Shown: positions 9,298 to 21,242, numbered from the stretch's first letter. The stretch is DNA of 64,000 bases from an uncultured Gemmatimonadales bacterium (GCA_963783385.1 CAWANJ010000006.1:463675-527674); one strand, 5' to 3'. Numbers and translations: made by a program. The notes: generated by a model from the sequence alone, not told the origin.

Positions 9298-11943
9298 TCA
9301 GGGGCAGGTTCCGTCCACGGGCTTGCCGCGGCGGCAGGCCCGGAACTCGATGTGAATGTGGCCGGCCGCGTGCGCCTCCTGTCCGCCACTCGCGTCCCCG
9401 TAGGCCGGCGCGAACATGGGGGCGTCCACCACGCCATCCACCCGTTGCGGGGAGACCCTTGTGATGGAGATCGGCACCCGGTCGTTCCTTGGAGGCGTTC
9501 CGAGGATGTACTGCCGAACGGTCCCCATCGGGACCGCTCCGAAGACCGCGTGATCTGAGAGCCACAGCCCGCCCTCGGTCTCGCTGACACTGGAGATGCC
9601 GTGCGCGTCCTGCTGGTCCGCGTCCGGCATGAGCATGATGCGGAGGTTCGGGCTCGCCTCCCGGGGCGAACTGAGCCCGATGAAGGAGACGCGGCCGCCG
9701 GCGGAGTCCATGACCCCGAGCGGGCTCGCGGCGAGAGGCCCCGCGGGAACGCCCTGGAGGCCGGCGAGGGCGGACGTGCCCGAGTAGGTCCCGGAGATCT
9801 CCCCGCTCACCGTGGCGGTCCAGCCCGCGCAGCGACCGACCTGCACCGTCACCGAGGTCTCGAGCTCCGGGTGGCCCCGGACCGCGGCCTTCACCCTGTC
9901 CTGGCCGGGCGACGAGGGGGCCCGGTAGAGGCCGTCGCGATCGATGGGGCCCAGATCGGCGGTCCACGTAGCCTGGACGCGTCGTCCCAGGTACAGGGCG
10001 GAGAAGGCCTGCTGATCGCCGGGGTCCACGCAGGGGTTCGCGGGCTCGATGGCGACGAGCTCGGGCTCGAGCCGGGCGTAGCCCGATCGTTCAGGGGCCT
10101 CGGCCAGGTGACTGCGGTCGGCGGTGCTCGTGGCCTTCACGGTGATGGTCCCCTGGGGATCGCGCGGGACCTGGATCTTGACGACCTGGTCCGGGGCGGT
10201 TTGAGGGATCCCCACCAGGCGGCCGCCGCCCAGCACCTTCCAGCCGAGGCTCGGGTCGAGGGCGTGGTCCACGGTGACGTGGAGCGCCACGACCTGCCCG
10301 GCCCGGACCGGGGTGGACTCGGGGTCGAATGTGACCTCGATCCCGTGCACGACGAGGTCGCGCCTCAGGACCCTCTGCTGGTCCCCGAACTTGCCGCCCT
10401 TCGTCGCGATTCTCAGGACCGTGGTGCCCGTCCGGCGAGGACTGTAGCTGTGCGGCCCGGCGAACTGGACCGCCCGGCCAATGTAGTTGACGTCCAGCCA
10501 CCGGCCGGTCTCTCCGTCCGGGACCACGGTGTGGAACGTCTCCGGGGGAAAGTTGAACGCATCGGGGCCCCGGGTGGCCTCCTGGGCCAGCTGGCCCAGG
10601 AGATCGTTGATCACGAAGTCACGCAGCTGGTCCAGGAAGGCCGTGAACGCCTTCGAGGCGAATCGGCCCTCCCAGCTCCAGCTGATTCCGCCCATGGACT
10701 CCATTCCGGCCAGCTGGGACATGGACTCCAGGGCGAACGTGGACATCTTCCACGGCTCGCTCCGCGCGGTGATCCGGACCCGGTGCCATTCCCCCGGTCC
10801 CGGATCGTCCTCGTCGAACAATGTCTGCGACAGGTCGACCTCGAGATCGGACATCCGTCCGGGCAGCAGGTGTGAGGCGGCCAGCGCGGCCTGCTTGTAG
10901 GCCCACACCGCGCTCCCGATCGCGCCCGCCTCCTCGGCCACCGGCTCCGCCTTGAAGAACTTGGCCGTTCCCGCGGCCATGGCCATGGTGCTGCCCAGGA
11001 CGTCCAGCAGGTGGGCCGGCCGGCCGCTGGTCCCGAGGCGGGCCCACAGCGCCAGCTCCATGCGGTGTGAGAGCTCCGCCGGCGTCGGGTTGAAGTAGCT
11101 CTCGGCCGGACCGAAGGCCTCCGCCACGGGGTGGCCGGGGCCGGGGGAGAAGGAGGCCAGCAGGACGGGGCCGTGCCGCTCCGCTCCTCTGGCCAGGTCG
11201 CTCGTGTGCCGCTGAACCTCGGCCGTGAGCGCCCTGAGCTCCTCGGCCGTACCTCCACGCGCCAGCAAGGCATCGACGAAGGCGCCCGGGCCGGCGGTGT
11301 CACGCGCCCCTTCGAGGGCTCGGGCCCGCGCCAGCAACGAGCCGGGGCGTGATGGAGCGCCCACGGCGGCGAGCGCGGCGAGGAGCGGCACCAGGGGTGG
11401 GGCGAGCGTGTCGGGATCCGCGTTTCGAAGCCGCTGGGGGGTCGTCCCGAACAGCCGGACCTGCGCGTCCACGAACCCGGCCAGCGCGTCGAGCGTCGCC
11501 GCCGTGGCGCCGGGGGCCGGTCGGAGTGCGGCGAGCTCGAGAGAGCGTGGGGGACACACCAGGTCCCCGTCCGTGGGACGGATCTCGAGGGTCGCCGCGC
11601 CGAGCCCGCCGTCGGGTCGTCCCGGGACCTGCAGGACGAGCGTGCCGTCCGGCTTGCGGCCCACCAGGGCCACTCCCTCGGCCCCTTCGCCCGCAACCCG
11701 AACCCGCGCCCGAAGAGCCTCGAACCGGCCCCCGGTCACTCCGACCAGGGTCACGGTGTCGAGCGGCGTCGCCGAGCGCCGGGCGAGCGACCAGTCGTCG
11801 CATCGGAGCGGCGCCTCTGCCGGAGCCCGGCTCTGTGCATCGGCGGGCCCCGCCGCGTCCCCGCGCCCGTGGCAGCCTCCCAGGCCGACGAAGCCCAGCA
11901 GGAGCGCGGCCGGAAGGCCGAGACGCCGCGGACGTCCTCTCAC
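9298..11943 (-). CDS. Large hypothetical lipoprotein with Ig-like beta-rich domains
   Basis: Lipobox LGGC; Ig-like segments VQATWTADLGPIDRDGLYRAP and ITVKATS. Confidence 0.75.
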   Translation of the reverse strand: MRGRPRRLGLPAALLLGFVGLGGCHGRGDAAGPADAQSRAPAEAPLRCDDWSLARRSATPLDTVTLVGVTGGRFEALRARVRVAGEGAEGVALVGRKPDGTLVLQVPGRPDGGLGAATLEIRPTDGDLVCPPRSLELAALRPAPGATAATLDALAGFVDAQVRLFGTTPQRLRNADPDTLAPPLVPLLAALAAVGAPSRPGSLLARARALEGARDTAGPGAFVDALLARGGTAEELRALTAEVQRHTSDLARGAERHGPVLLASFSPGPGHPVAEAFGPAESYFNPTPAELSHRMELALWARLGTSGRPAHLLDVLGSTMAMAAGTAKFFKAEPVAEEAGAIGSAVWAYKQAALAASHLLPGRMSDLEVDLSQTLFDEDDPGPGEWHRVRITARSEPWKMSTFALESMSQLAGMESMGGISWSWEGRFASKAFTAFLDQLRDFVINDLLGQLAQEATRGPDAFNFPPETFHTVVPDGETGRWLDVNYIGRAVQFAGPHSYSPRRTGTTVLRIATKGGKFGDQQRVLRRDLVVHGIEVTFDPESTPVRAGQVVALHVTVDHALDPSLGWKVLGGGRLVGIPQTAPDQVVKIQVPRDPQGTITVKATSTADRSHLAEAPERSGYARLEPELVAIEPANPCVDPGDQQAFSALYLGRRVQATWTADLGPIDRDGLYRAPSSPGQDRVKAAVRGHPELETSVTVQVGRCAGWTATVSGEISGTYSGTSALAGLQGVPAGPLAASPLGVMDSAGGRVSFIGLSSPREASPNLRIMLMPDADQQDAHGISSVSETEGGLWLSDHAVFGAVPMGTVRQYILGTPPRNDRVPISITRVSPQRVDGVVDAPMFAPAYGDASGGQEAHAAGHIHIEFRACRRGKPVDGTCP

Positions 11944-13085
11944 CGCTCCGCTTCTCCGTGCGGCTGTGGCTCGCTCGCCTGGAAGCTCCGCACGAGGGCC
12001 TCGAGCATACCCCTCATGCCCTCGAACCGCGTCATCCAGCCCAGCGCGAACCGGAGCTGCGCGTCACCGTGGGCGAGGACGAGGGCCTCGAGCCCGACCT
12101 CCACGCTGGGCCCGGTCGTGGTCCAGCGGTGAAGCGGCTGGGCCAGCCGGGTTGCGTAGGTCACCGAGAAGCCGTGCGCCTCGCCGATCCGGACCTGCTC
12201 GTGGTCCTCGGTGACCTCCAGGGCGCGCCGAAGACCGTGGCCGACGTCGCGTGCCTGCTCGAAGGTCCAGGTGCCGGCCGGGGCCATGTCGAGCACCAGC
12301 GAGGCGCCGAGCGGTCCGCGAAGCTCCAGGAGCCGCTCACCCCCGGGCGGTTCCGCGGCGAGGATAGGGCTGGCCGACAGCACGTGGAAGGTCCCCGCTT
12401 CCTCTTCCCCCGGTGGGCCCTCCCGCCAGCTCGACGGCACGTCGAGGGAGAAGCCGAGGCGTGCGTCGACAATGCGCCGGACGTTCCGGGCGTCCTCGAC
12501 GGCGGCGCGCCGGCGCTCCTCCAGCCACGTCCGCGCTTCGCCGGCGACGCGCTCCGGGGAGGGGATGCGCTGGAAGGTGAACATGCGTCGCTGGTTGCGG
12601 CTACGGCTGCCGGTGTAGCGGTTGAAGGCGAGGTTCCCGAGCCCGGAACCCGCCGCCTTCACCTCCACGAAGGCCACCTTCTCGGGCGGGAGGGACCAGA
12701 GGACCTTCCCCTCCGGTCCTCGCACCGCCAGGAGTCGCCGGTCCGTGATGCCGTAGGCCGTGCGGTTCAGGCCCGCGCGCTCGACGACCAGGACCCCGAC
12801 CCCGAGGAGGGGGAGCGAGGCGAGGACGGCCACGGGAACGAGGAGGTGGGGATCGGCCAGCGGGCCGTCCGTCACGGAGGCCAGGAGTCCGTCGCCCAAA
12901 CCCGAGCCTCCCGCGGACGCGGACAGACCGTAGTAGGCGACGCCGGCCGCGACCACCACGGTCGCCGCCAGCCCGACCAGGCCGCGGCCGAACGCCCGGC
13001 CCGCCACGGGCCGGTCCGACCACGACACGCTCTCTCCGGCCTCGAGAGCAGGCTCGAGGGCCTGCCGCGCCTCGCGCTGTCTCAT
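11940..13085 (-). CDS. Membrane protein (2 TM + bPH-like domain + C-terminal soluble domain)
   Basis: LEAGESVSWSDRP, two TM helices, TAYGITDRRLL (PH-like); start overlaps upstream stop. Confidence 0.68.
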   Translation of the reverse strand: MRQREARQALEPALEAGESVSWSDRPVAGRAFGRGLVGLAATVVVAAGVAYYGLSASAGGSGLGDGLLASVTDGPLADPHLLVPVAVLASLPLLGVGVLVVERAGLNRTAYGITDRRLLAVRGPEGKVLWSLPPEKVAFVEVKAAGSGLGNLAFNRYTGSRSRNQRRMFTFQRIPSPERVAGEARTWLEERRRAAVEDARNVRRIVDARLGFSLDVPSSWREGPPGEEEAGTFHVLSASPILAAEPPGGERLLELRGPLGASLVLDMAPAGTWTFEQARDVGHGLRRALEVTEDHEQVRIGEAHGFSVTYATRLAQPLHRWTTTGPSVEVGLEALVLAHGDAQLRFALGWMTRFEGMRGMLEALVRSFQASEPQPHGEAER

Positions 13086-13583
13086 GGCGCGGCGTGCCCC
13101 ACGGTGGCCTTGATGGTCACGAGCTTGCCGATCGCGTTCACGCTCACCAGGCAGCTCTCCCGTCGGCCGTTCCGCACCCCGGTGAGGTGCCCGATGAACA
13201 GCGAGGCGTTCGCCGTGGTGTCGCTGCGCGCGATCTCGAACCCGGCGGCCCTCACCTCCGAGGCCAGGAACCGGTAGACCTCGGGTCCCGATCCGTCCTC
13301 GATCCGGGCCGTCACCATGAGCTGCCGGGTGCCGATCCCGGCGGCGCCGTGCAGCGTCAGAATGGGAGGTGATCCGGGCATCGTCCGGCATGCGAAGCTG
13401 CTCGGGCCATCCGTCGGGGTAGCCGTCCGCGCTCGAGTCGCGGGAGTTGCCGGGAGCCGAGCCATCCTCTGCGGCCGCGCCGGACGCCGACGCGGCGGAG
13501 CGCGGTGAGCCGCCGCCGCACGAGACCTGCGCCACGGCCACGCCGGCCACCAGGATTCCGGTGAAGCACTTCCGGAGCTGCAT
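13082..13583 (-). CDS. Small hypothetical lipoprotein (frameshift near 13365)
   Basis: MQLRKCFTGILVAGVAVAQVSCGG lipobox, YPDGWPEQLRMP; continues in the 13082..13714 frame. Confidence 0.6.
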
Positions 13584-13661
13584 ACCCACCCCTTCCCGAG
13601 ACTCGAGGACCGGTCCGCGCCCCGTCCCCCGGCGCGTGCCGTGGGCCGATGCGGCTTCCTG

Positions 13662-13695
13662 TCCCGAAAGCGTAGGAAGGCGGCTGGAGCCGCCA
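13662..13695 (-). promoter_or_regulatory. Putative ECF-sigma promoter TGGCGGCTCC-N13-CGCT-N3-GGGA (copy 2)
   Basis: tggcggctccagccgccttcctacgctttcggga about 79 bp upstream of ATG 13583, directly downstream of the kinase gene. Confidence 0.6.
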
Positions 13696-13753
13696 GGCAG
13701 GAGAGCCGGGCCATGCTGGTGGGCTGGCGCAGGCCCGGAGGGTCCGGCCCCGC

Positions 13754-16463
13754 TCAGCTCCCCCGGTCCGCCTCCGCGGCCGGAAGGGAGTCGAGCCGGG
13801 CCAGGGCGGCGCGGCAGGCACCGAGGTACTTCTCCTGGGGGGTGCCTTCGCGGTCGGCGAGATCCTCGGCGGCTCCCTCGAGGAGCGGGCGCGCTTCCTC
13901 GAGGCGGCCCTGTCCGGCCAGCGCCCGACCCAGCCGACACTCGGCCACGGCCGTGATCCAGTGGCCGTCCGGCAGCGCCTCGCGCAGGATCCGCGCGGCC
14001 TCCCGGGCCGAGCTCTCGGCGCCCGGGTAGTCGGACCGCCTCAGGCGAATGTCCGCCTGGGTGAGCAGGGGGAAGGCGACGAGCTGGTTCCCCGGCAGGA
14101 GCGTCCGGCGGTAGATCTCGCTGGCCCGACCCAGGAGCTGCTCCGCCTCGTCGTACTTCCCTTCACGCGAGAGGACGGCCGCCAGGTTCTGCATCCCGCT
14201 GGCGGTCTCGCGATGATCCTCGCCGAGCGTTCGCCGGCGGATGTCGAGGACGCGGCGCTGGAGGCTTTCCGCCCCGGCGAGCTCGCCGCGGGAGGCCAGC
14301 AGGAGCGCCAGGTTGTTCATGGCGGCCGTCGTGTTCGGATCCTCCGCGCCCAGACGCCGCTCCAGGATGTCGATGGCACGGCGAAAGTCCGCCTCGGACT
14401 CGTCCAGGCGCTGCTCCTGCTCGAGCTCGCCGGCCTCGGAGACCAGGGCAAAGCCGGTCTGCACGGCGTCCGGACCGAACACCTTCTCGTCGAGCTGCCT
14501 CGCTTCCTGGATGGCGGTCCGGGCGGCGTCCATCTCATCCAGCCCCCGGTAGGTGTCGGACAGGTTGGCCAGGGTGCCGGCCAGGTCTCCCTCCGGTACC
14601 GGGTCCGCGGCTCGCTCGAGGGCGACGGCGCGCTCCAGGTGGAGCCGAGAGCTGTCCAGCCGTCCGACGTCGTACTGGAAGCGTCCGAGCGACGCGTGGA
14701 AGGGCGCCAGCGCGGGGTCGTCCCGGGGGTGCGCCGAGCGGGCCTTCGCCACCGCCGCGTGGTAGAGGGCGTCGGCGGAGTCGGGCATGCCGCGCCACGC
14801 CGCCAGGGCTCCGAGCTGCAGCAGGACGCGCCCCAGCAAGTCTGGAGCCTCGCCGGGCGCCGTCCCCAGGGACCGCAGTGCCTCTTCGGCGGTCCGGGTG
14901 GACTGGTCGTACTGACCCAGGTCGCTGAGCGCCTGCGAGATGGCCAGGAGGAGCTCTCCGCGAACGACCGGCCGGTCCGCCAGCTCGGTGCGCAGCCGAC
15001 GGGCGCCTACGTCCAGGGCCTGGATCACCGTGAGGTTGGCTCCGTAGGCGGAGTCGTGAGGCGTGAACGGGTCGGCGCTCCGGAACAGGCCAGCGAGCAG
15101 CGACTGGACCTCTTCGGCCCGGGTGGCCTGGGCCCGCGCCACGTTGCGCTCGCGCTCCAGCGCCCGGGCGTGGTGCGCGAGGGTGTACACGTAGCCGCCC
15201 GCCGCGAGGATCACGAGCGCGGCCGTCGGAGCGAGCCACGGCTTGCGGCCCAGGAGCCGCCGGGCCCGGTAGGCCACGCTGTCGGAGCGTGCCGAGATCG
15301 GGAGACCCTCCCGGTAGCGCTCCAGGTCCTGGAGGAGGGCCTCGGCCGTGGCGTAGCGCCGCTCCGGCTCCTTGCGGATCGCCTTGAGGACGATGAGGTC
15401 CAGGTCGCCGGCGAGGCGCCGGGACAGGCTCCGAGCCTTCGTCCGCCGGTCCCGGGCGCCCTCCTCGGTGACCAGCTCGCTGGGGCGACGCGGTCTGGCC
15501 GTGAGGATCGCTTCCTCCATGCGGGCCGGCGACAGCGCTCTCACCTCGTAGGGGCGGCGGCCGGCCACGACCTCACACAGGAGCAGGCCGAGCTGGTAGA
15601 CGTCGGAGGCCGTGGTGATCGGCTCCCCCGACACCTGCTCCGGGCTGGCGTACTCCGGGGTGAGCGGACGGAGGAGCGTGCGGGTGCGGGGGTCGTCCGC
15701 GGCCGCGTCCAGGATCTTGGCGATCCCGAAGTCGAGCAGCTTCACGCGACCGCGGGCCGTGACCATGATGTTGGACGGCTTGAGGTCCCGGTGGACGACC
15801 AGGTTGGCGTGGGCGAACTGGACCGCCCGGCACACGTCCGCGAACAGGTCGAGGCGCTCCTCGAGGCCGGATCGGTCGCTCGTCGCAGTAGCGGGTGATG
15901 GGCGTGCCCTCGACCCGCTCGAGCACCAGGTAGGGGAGCCCGTCGTCCGTGGTGCCGCCTCCCAGGAAGCGGGCGATGTTGGGGTGGTTGAGCGACGAGA
16001 GGATCTGCCGCTCGGCCAGGAAGCGGCGGATCGTGTCCTCGGTGTCGATGCCGCGGCGGACGACCTTGACGGCCACCCGCTCGTCCCACTGACCGTCCAC
16101 CCGCTCGGCCGAGTAGACCGTCGCCATGCCGCCGCGGCCCAGGCGGTCCACCAGGCGGTAGGGGCCGACGCGCTCCCCGGTCCGATCCGGATACGGATCG
16201 GTGGCCTCCTCCGGCCGGGTGGATTCGAGGATCTCGTCCCAGGGCACGTCGCAGACGTCCTCGGCGGGACGCTCGAGGAAGGAGGAGGCGCTGCGGTGCG
16301 CCTCCAGGAGCGCCTCGACCGCCTCGCGGAGCGCGACGTCCTCTCCGCACACTTCCGCTACGAAGCGAGCGACCCGCGAGGGGTGCAGCTCGAGCGCCTC
16401 GACGAAGATCTCGTCGGCTTTGCGCCACCGGCCGCCGGCGTCGTTCGTGGTCTCCTCCAGCAC
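13754..16463 (-). CDS. Hanks-type Ser/Thr kinase with TM and C-terminal TPR repeats (frameshift near 15870)
   Basis: GRGGMATV, VAVK, HRDLKPSN, DFG, YASPE, DVYQLG; TM segment, then kinesin-light-chain-like TPRs. Confidence 0.92.
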
Positions 16464-16475
16464 GGAAGGGCGGGT

Positions 16476-17093
16476 CTATTCCCGGGCCCGGGCCTCGTCC
16501 TCGGGGTCCGGCTCCGCGGCCAGCGTCCTGTACAGGTGCGCCTTGGCGCGGGCCCAGTCGCGCTCGACGGTGCGCTCCGACACGTCGAGCGCGGCCGCCG
16601 TGTCGCGCACGCTCATCCCGCCGAAGAAGCGGCACTCGACCACCTGCTCCAGGCGGGGATCGTAGCGCGCCAGGTTGGTGAGCGCCTCGTCCAGGGCCAG
16701 GAGCTCCACCGTCCGGGGCTCCTTTCCGGACAGCTCGTCCCGGAGCGGGATGTGGATGGCCCCGCCCCCACGCTTCCTGGCCCCCCGGCTGCGCGCGTAG
16801 TCGATGAGCACCTGCCGGATCACTGTGGCTGCTACAGCGAAAAAGTGGGCCCGGTCCTGCCACGTGGCGGTGGCCTGGTTGACAAGGTGAAGGTAGGCCT
16901 CGTGGACGAGAGCGGTCGTGCTGAGCGTGTGGCCCTCGCGCTCGCTCCGTAGGCGTCGGTGGGCGATACCGCGGAGGTCGTCGTACACCAGGGGGACGAG
17001 CCGCTCGAAGGCGGAACGGTCTCCACTGGTACACTCGCCCAGCAGGCGCGTGACCTCGCCCGCAGGAGGATCCGGTCGCCGCTCGCTCTCCAC
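16476..17093 (-). CDS. ECF sigma factor, TIGR02999/ECF43-like (kinase-associated)
   Basis: EVTRLL, LVPLVYDDLR, HTLSTTALVHEAYL, VVECRFFGGMS, ERTVERDWARA. Confidence 0.93.
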   Translation of the reverse strand: MESERRPDPPAGEVTRLLGECTSGDRSAFERLVPLVYDDLRGIAHRRLRSEREGHTLSTTALVHEAYLHLVNQATATWQDRAHFFAVAATVIRQVLIDYARSRGARKRGGGAIHIPLRDELSGKEPRTVELLALDEALTNLARYDPRLEQVVECRFFGGMSVRDTAAALDVSERTVERDWARAKAHLYRTLAAEPDPEDEARARE

Positions 17094-17116
17094 GCGTGAC
17101 CCCGGCGTCTCCGCTC

Positions 17117-18854
17117 CTACCAGCCCTTCATCATGTCCTGGACCGCGAAGCTGGGCTCGATGTCGACCGGCACCTTCCGCAGCCGGTCGAGGGCGGCCTG
17201 GAGCTCGGGCGGAACCGTGCCGTATCGATCCAGGAACTGGCCGGCCCCGTCGTAGTCGCCCGTGGCCTCCAGCGTCAGGTAGCGGCCGGCCAGCGCCGAC
17301 ATGGCCCCGGGCATCTTCTGGAAGTCGACCGAGAACACCCCCTGCGCCGCGTCGTACACGATCCCTCCCCGCTCGCGCAGGAAGTTGAACTGGGTCATGC
17401 AGCCCTTGCCGTGCGCCTCGTTGGCGCCGAAGCGGACGCAGCGGACCAGGTCGGCCAGGTGGGAGATGTAGACCTGCCGCAGGAACTCCTGGTCGTAGAC
17501 GCCCTGCTGCACGAGCTCCGCCAGGTTGTGCGTCCCGACCGCGTCGGCCTTGGCCTCCTCGATGGCCGAGTAGCGGTCCTTGAGCGCCTTGTTCACGGTC
17601 AGGCCCTTCTGGCCGTGCACGTAGTCGGGCCCGAGGCCGTGCGAGAGCTCGTGCATGAGGATGCGGGTAAAGTACGGCTTGAAGACGATATCCGCCGCCT
17701 GCGCCGAGTCGAGCACCAGCCGGGCGATCGGCTTCAGCACTTTGTCGAACTTGGCCTGCGACACGTTCTGGAGGAGGACCTTCTTGGAGCCGTGCTCCTG
17801 CCGGACCTTCGGGTCGTTGGGGAGGTTGAAGGCCAGCGTCTTGATGCCCGGCCCGGCCTCCCCGGCCGAGTACACCTCGGTCACCACCGAGATGGGGGAG
17901 CTGAAGTCCCGGTCGAGGTTCTTGTACGCGTCCGGCTCGGGGAGATGCTCCTCGAGGTACTTCGAGGTGCGACACCAGGCCCGCGAGCTGGGCGCTGGCG
18001 GCCGAGTCCTTGACCCCGATGAAGGTCTCGAAGGACGTTTTGTAGCCGAACAGCTTGTCTTCGTAGACCTCGTACGGCCCGATGGTGGGGGCGATGGTGT
18101 TGCCCGTGAGCTCCACCCAGGCCACCTCGCTGTCGAAGTAGTCGTCGCTGGTGAACGATTCGGCCCGGAGCCGCAGGAACTTCTTCAGCGACGGATTCTG
18201 CGCCGCGTCCGAGGCCTCGCGCAGCAGCGTCGCGGCCCTGGCGAGGCGGTCGTGGTAGTACTTCGAGTAGGGCACCGCCTCCAGCCCGCCGTCGGGCGTC
18301 CTCCGGATGACCGTGTAGTAGGAGGTGAAGGCGGTGCTGTCGTCCGGGTGCTGGGCGAGCCACGCGTCGAACGCATCCCGGGTGAGGTCCTCCGGATAGA
18401 AGCCGGCTCCCTCGGGCTTGGGGGGCACGTCCAGGAAGGGCGCGTCGCTCAGCAGCCGATCCCAGGGGCCGTACATGATCTCGTAGTACTCCCGCGCCGC
18501 GTCCATGCCCGGACCGCTCGCATCGGCCAGCCGCCGGCCGTACGAGAGGTCACTTCGCCACACCTGGAGCCGGAAGATGCTGTCCAGGACGTCGGAGGCC
18601 TGCACCAGCTTCTTGAGCACCGTCTTCTGGCCGGCGTCGAGCTCGGCGCTGTCGAACGTCAGGGTGACGGTCGCGAACTGCTGGACGCGGGCCAGCAGGC
18701 TGTCGGCCGTGAGCCCCTGCGCCATCGCGATCTCGGGCGCTGACTCGCCGCCGCCCGAGCAGCCCGCGGCCACCAGGCCTCCCAGCCCGATGAGCCCGGC
18801 CAGGGCGAGGCGCGCCGCGCGAACGGTCGATGAACCATCACGGAGTTCAATCAC
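17117..18854 (-). CDS. Peptidase M49 (dipeptidyl-peptidase III-like) lipoprotein (frameshift near 17960)
   Basis: Lipobox AAGC; IGPYEVYED, AFNLPND, HELSHGLG, EEAKAD, EAHG. Confidence 0.88.
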
Positions 18855-18945
18855 GGGATTCTCCTTGGAGGCTTCGTGGCCACGTGGGACCAGCGCGCCG
18901 GGCTGACCCCGAAGCGGCAGCAGGTGGTTCAGCGGCGCCGATCGC

Positions 18946-19544
18946 TCATCGCATCAACAGCGACACGCGCACCAGGATCCAGACCGGCACGCGCTTTCCA
19001 TCCCGGTGTGCCGCCAGGTAGTGGAGGTGCAGTGCGGCGGCCCGCGCGGCCTGGTCGAATCGGGCGTTCTCCGAGGTCGTGTGCAGCACCACGTCCTTCA
19101 CCTCGCCCTGCGCGTCGAGCAGCACCCAGTAGTAGGTCGTCTCCGTGGGCGGCAGGTGGTACTTCTCGATGACGGGGACGAGCGTGTCCTGCATCAGGTC
19201 CCCGAGCCAGTCTCCGGGCACCAGGATCGGCCCCAGGTCGTAGGGCGTGTAGACGGGCCCCATGGCCCGGAGCTTCTTGACGTCCGTGATGGTGACGGGG
19301 CCCGAGGGCGGCTCGGGCTTCTTCTCGGCTTTCGGCTTCTCGGGGCTTCGGCTTCTCGGCCTTCGATTGCGCGAGAGGCCGCGGCGGCCGTTCCCGAGTC
19401 GGCCGCGACCGTGTCGCCCTCGGCAGCCTGCGCGGCGGCCGGCGCGGCGGGCGCCGTCTGGGCTCCGTGCTTGCCGAACAGGGTTGCGCAACCGGACGCC
19501 GACAGGGCCAGCACCGCGAGCGCGATGCCGAGCGCGCGCCTCAG
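18946..19544 (-). CDS. TonB C-terminal domain protein, probable lipoprotein (frameshift near 19350; start uncertain)
   Basis: WVLLDAQGEVKDV...TSENARFDQAARAA...DGKRVPVW; N-terminal LAVLALSASGC in another frame; Pro/Lys-rich linker. Confidence 0.68.
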
Positions 19545-19681
19545 CTTCGTGGCGTCGGATCCGATGCCGCCGCCTCCCTCTTGCCGCGCTCCTTGACGAC
19601 CGCCGTGACGAGGATGAGCAGAAACCCGCCCCATACCATCCCGAGGATCGTGATCATGGTCGCGATGGCCGTGGAGGACAT
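19541..19681 (-). CDS. MetS-family small subunit of NSS transporter
   Basis: AGGAGG RBS; MSSTAIATMITILGMVWGGFLLILVTAVVKE matches the MetS pattern (M...VWGG). Confidence 0.75.
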   Translation of the reverse strand: MSSTAIATMITILGMVWGGFLLILVTAVVKERGKREAAASDPTPRS

Positions 19682-19865
19682 CCCGCGCTTCCCCTCCTGT
19701 CGGTGTTCCGGTCCAGCCGCTGTTCCGGTCTCGCCGGCTCTCCACCCTAGGCCGCCGCCGAGTCTCCAATCTAGGTGCGGTGTCGGAACGGCGCACGGTC
19801 GGCGGCGTGTACGACCGACGCGGCGACCGGCCGGCCAGTCGCCGGCAACGAGCCGGGCTCGGGTC

Positions 19866-21242
<1,377 letters not shown>

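Noticed and set aside
16476-18854. 792-aa ORF suggesting a peptidase-ECF sigma fusion
   Set aside because: Artifact of the frameshift near 17960; the middle is off-frame Arg/Gly/Pro-rich sequence, and the peptidase ends at its own stop at 17117.
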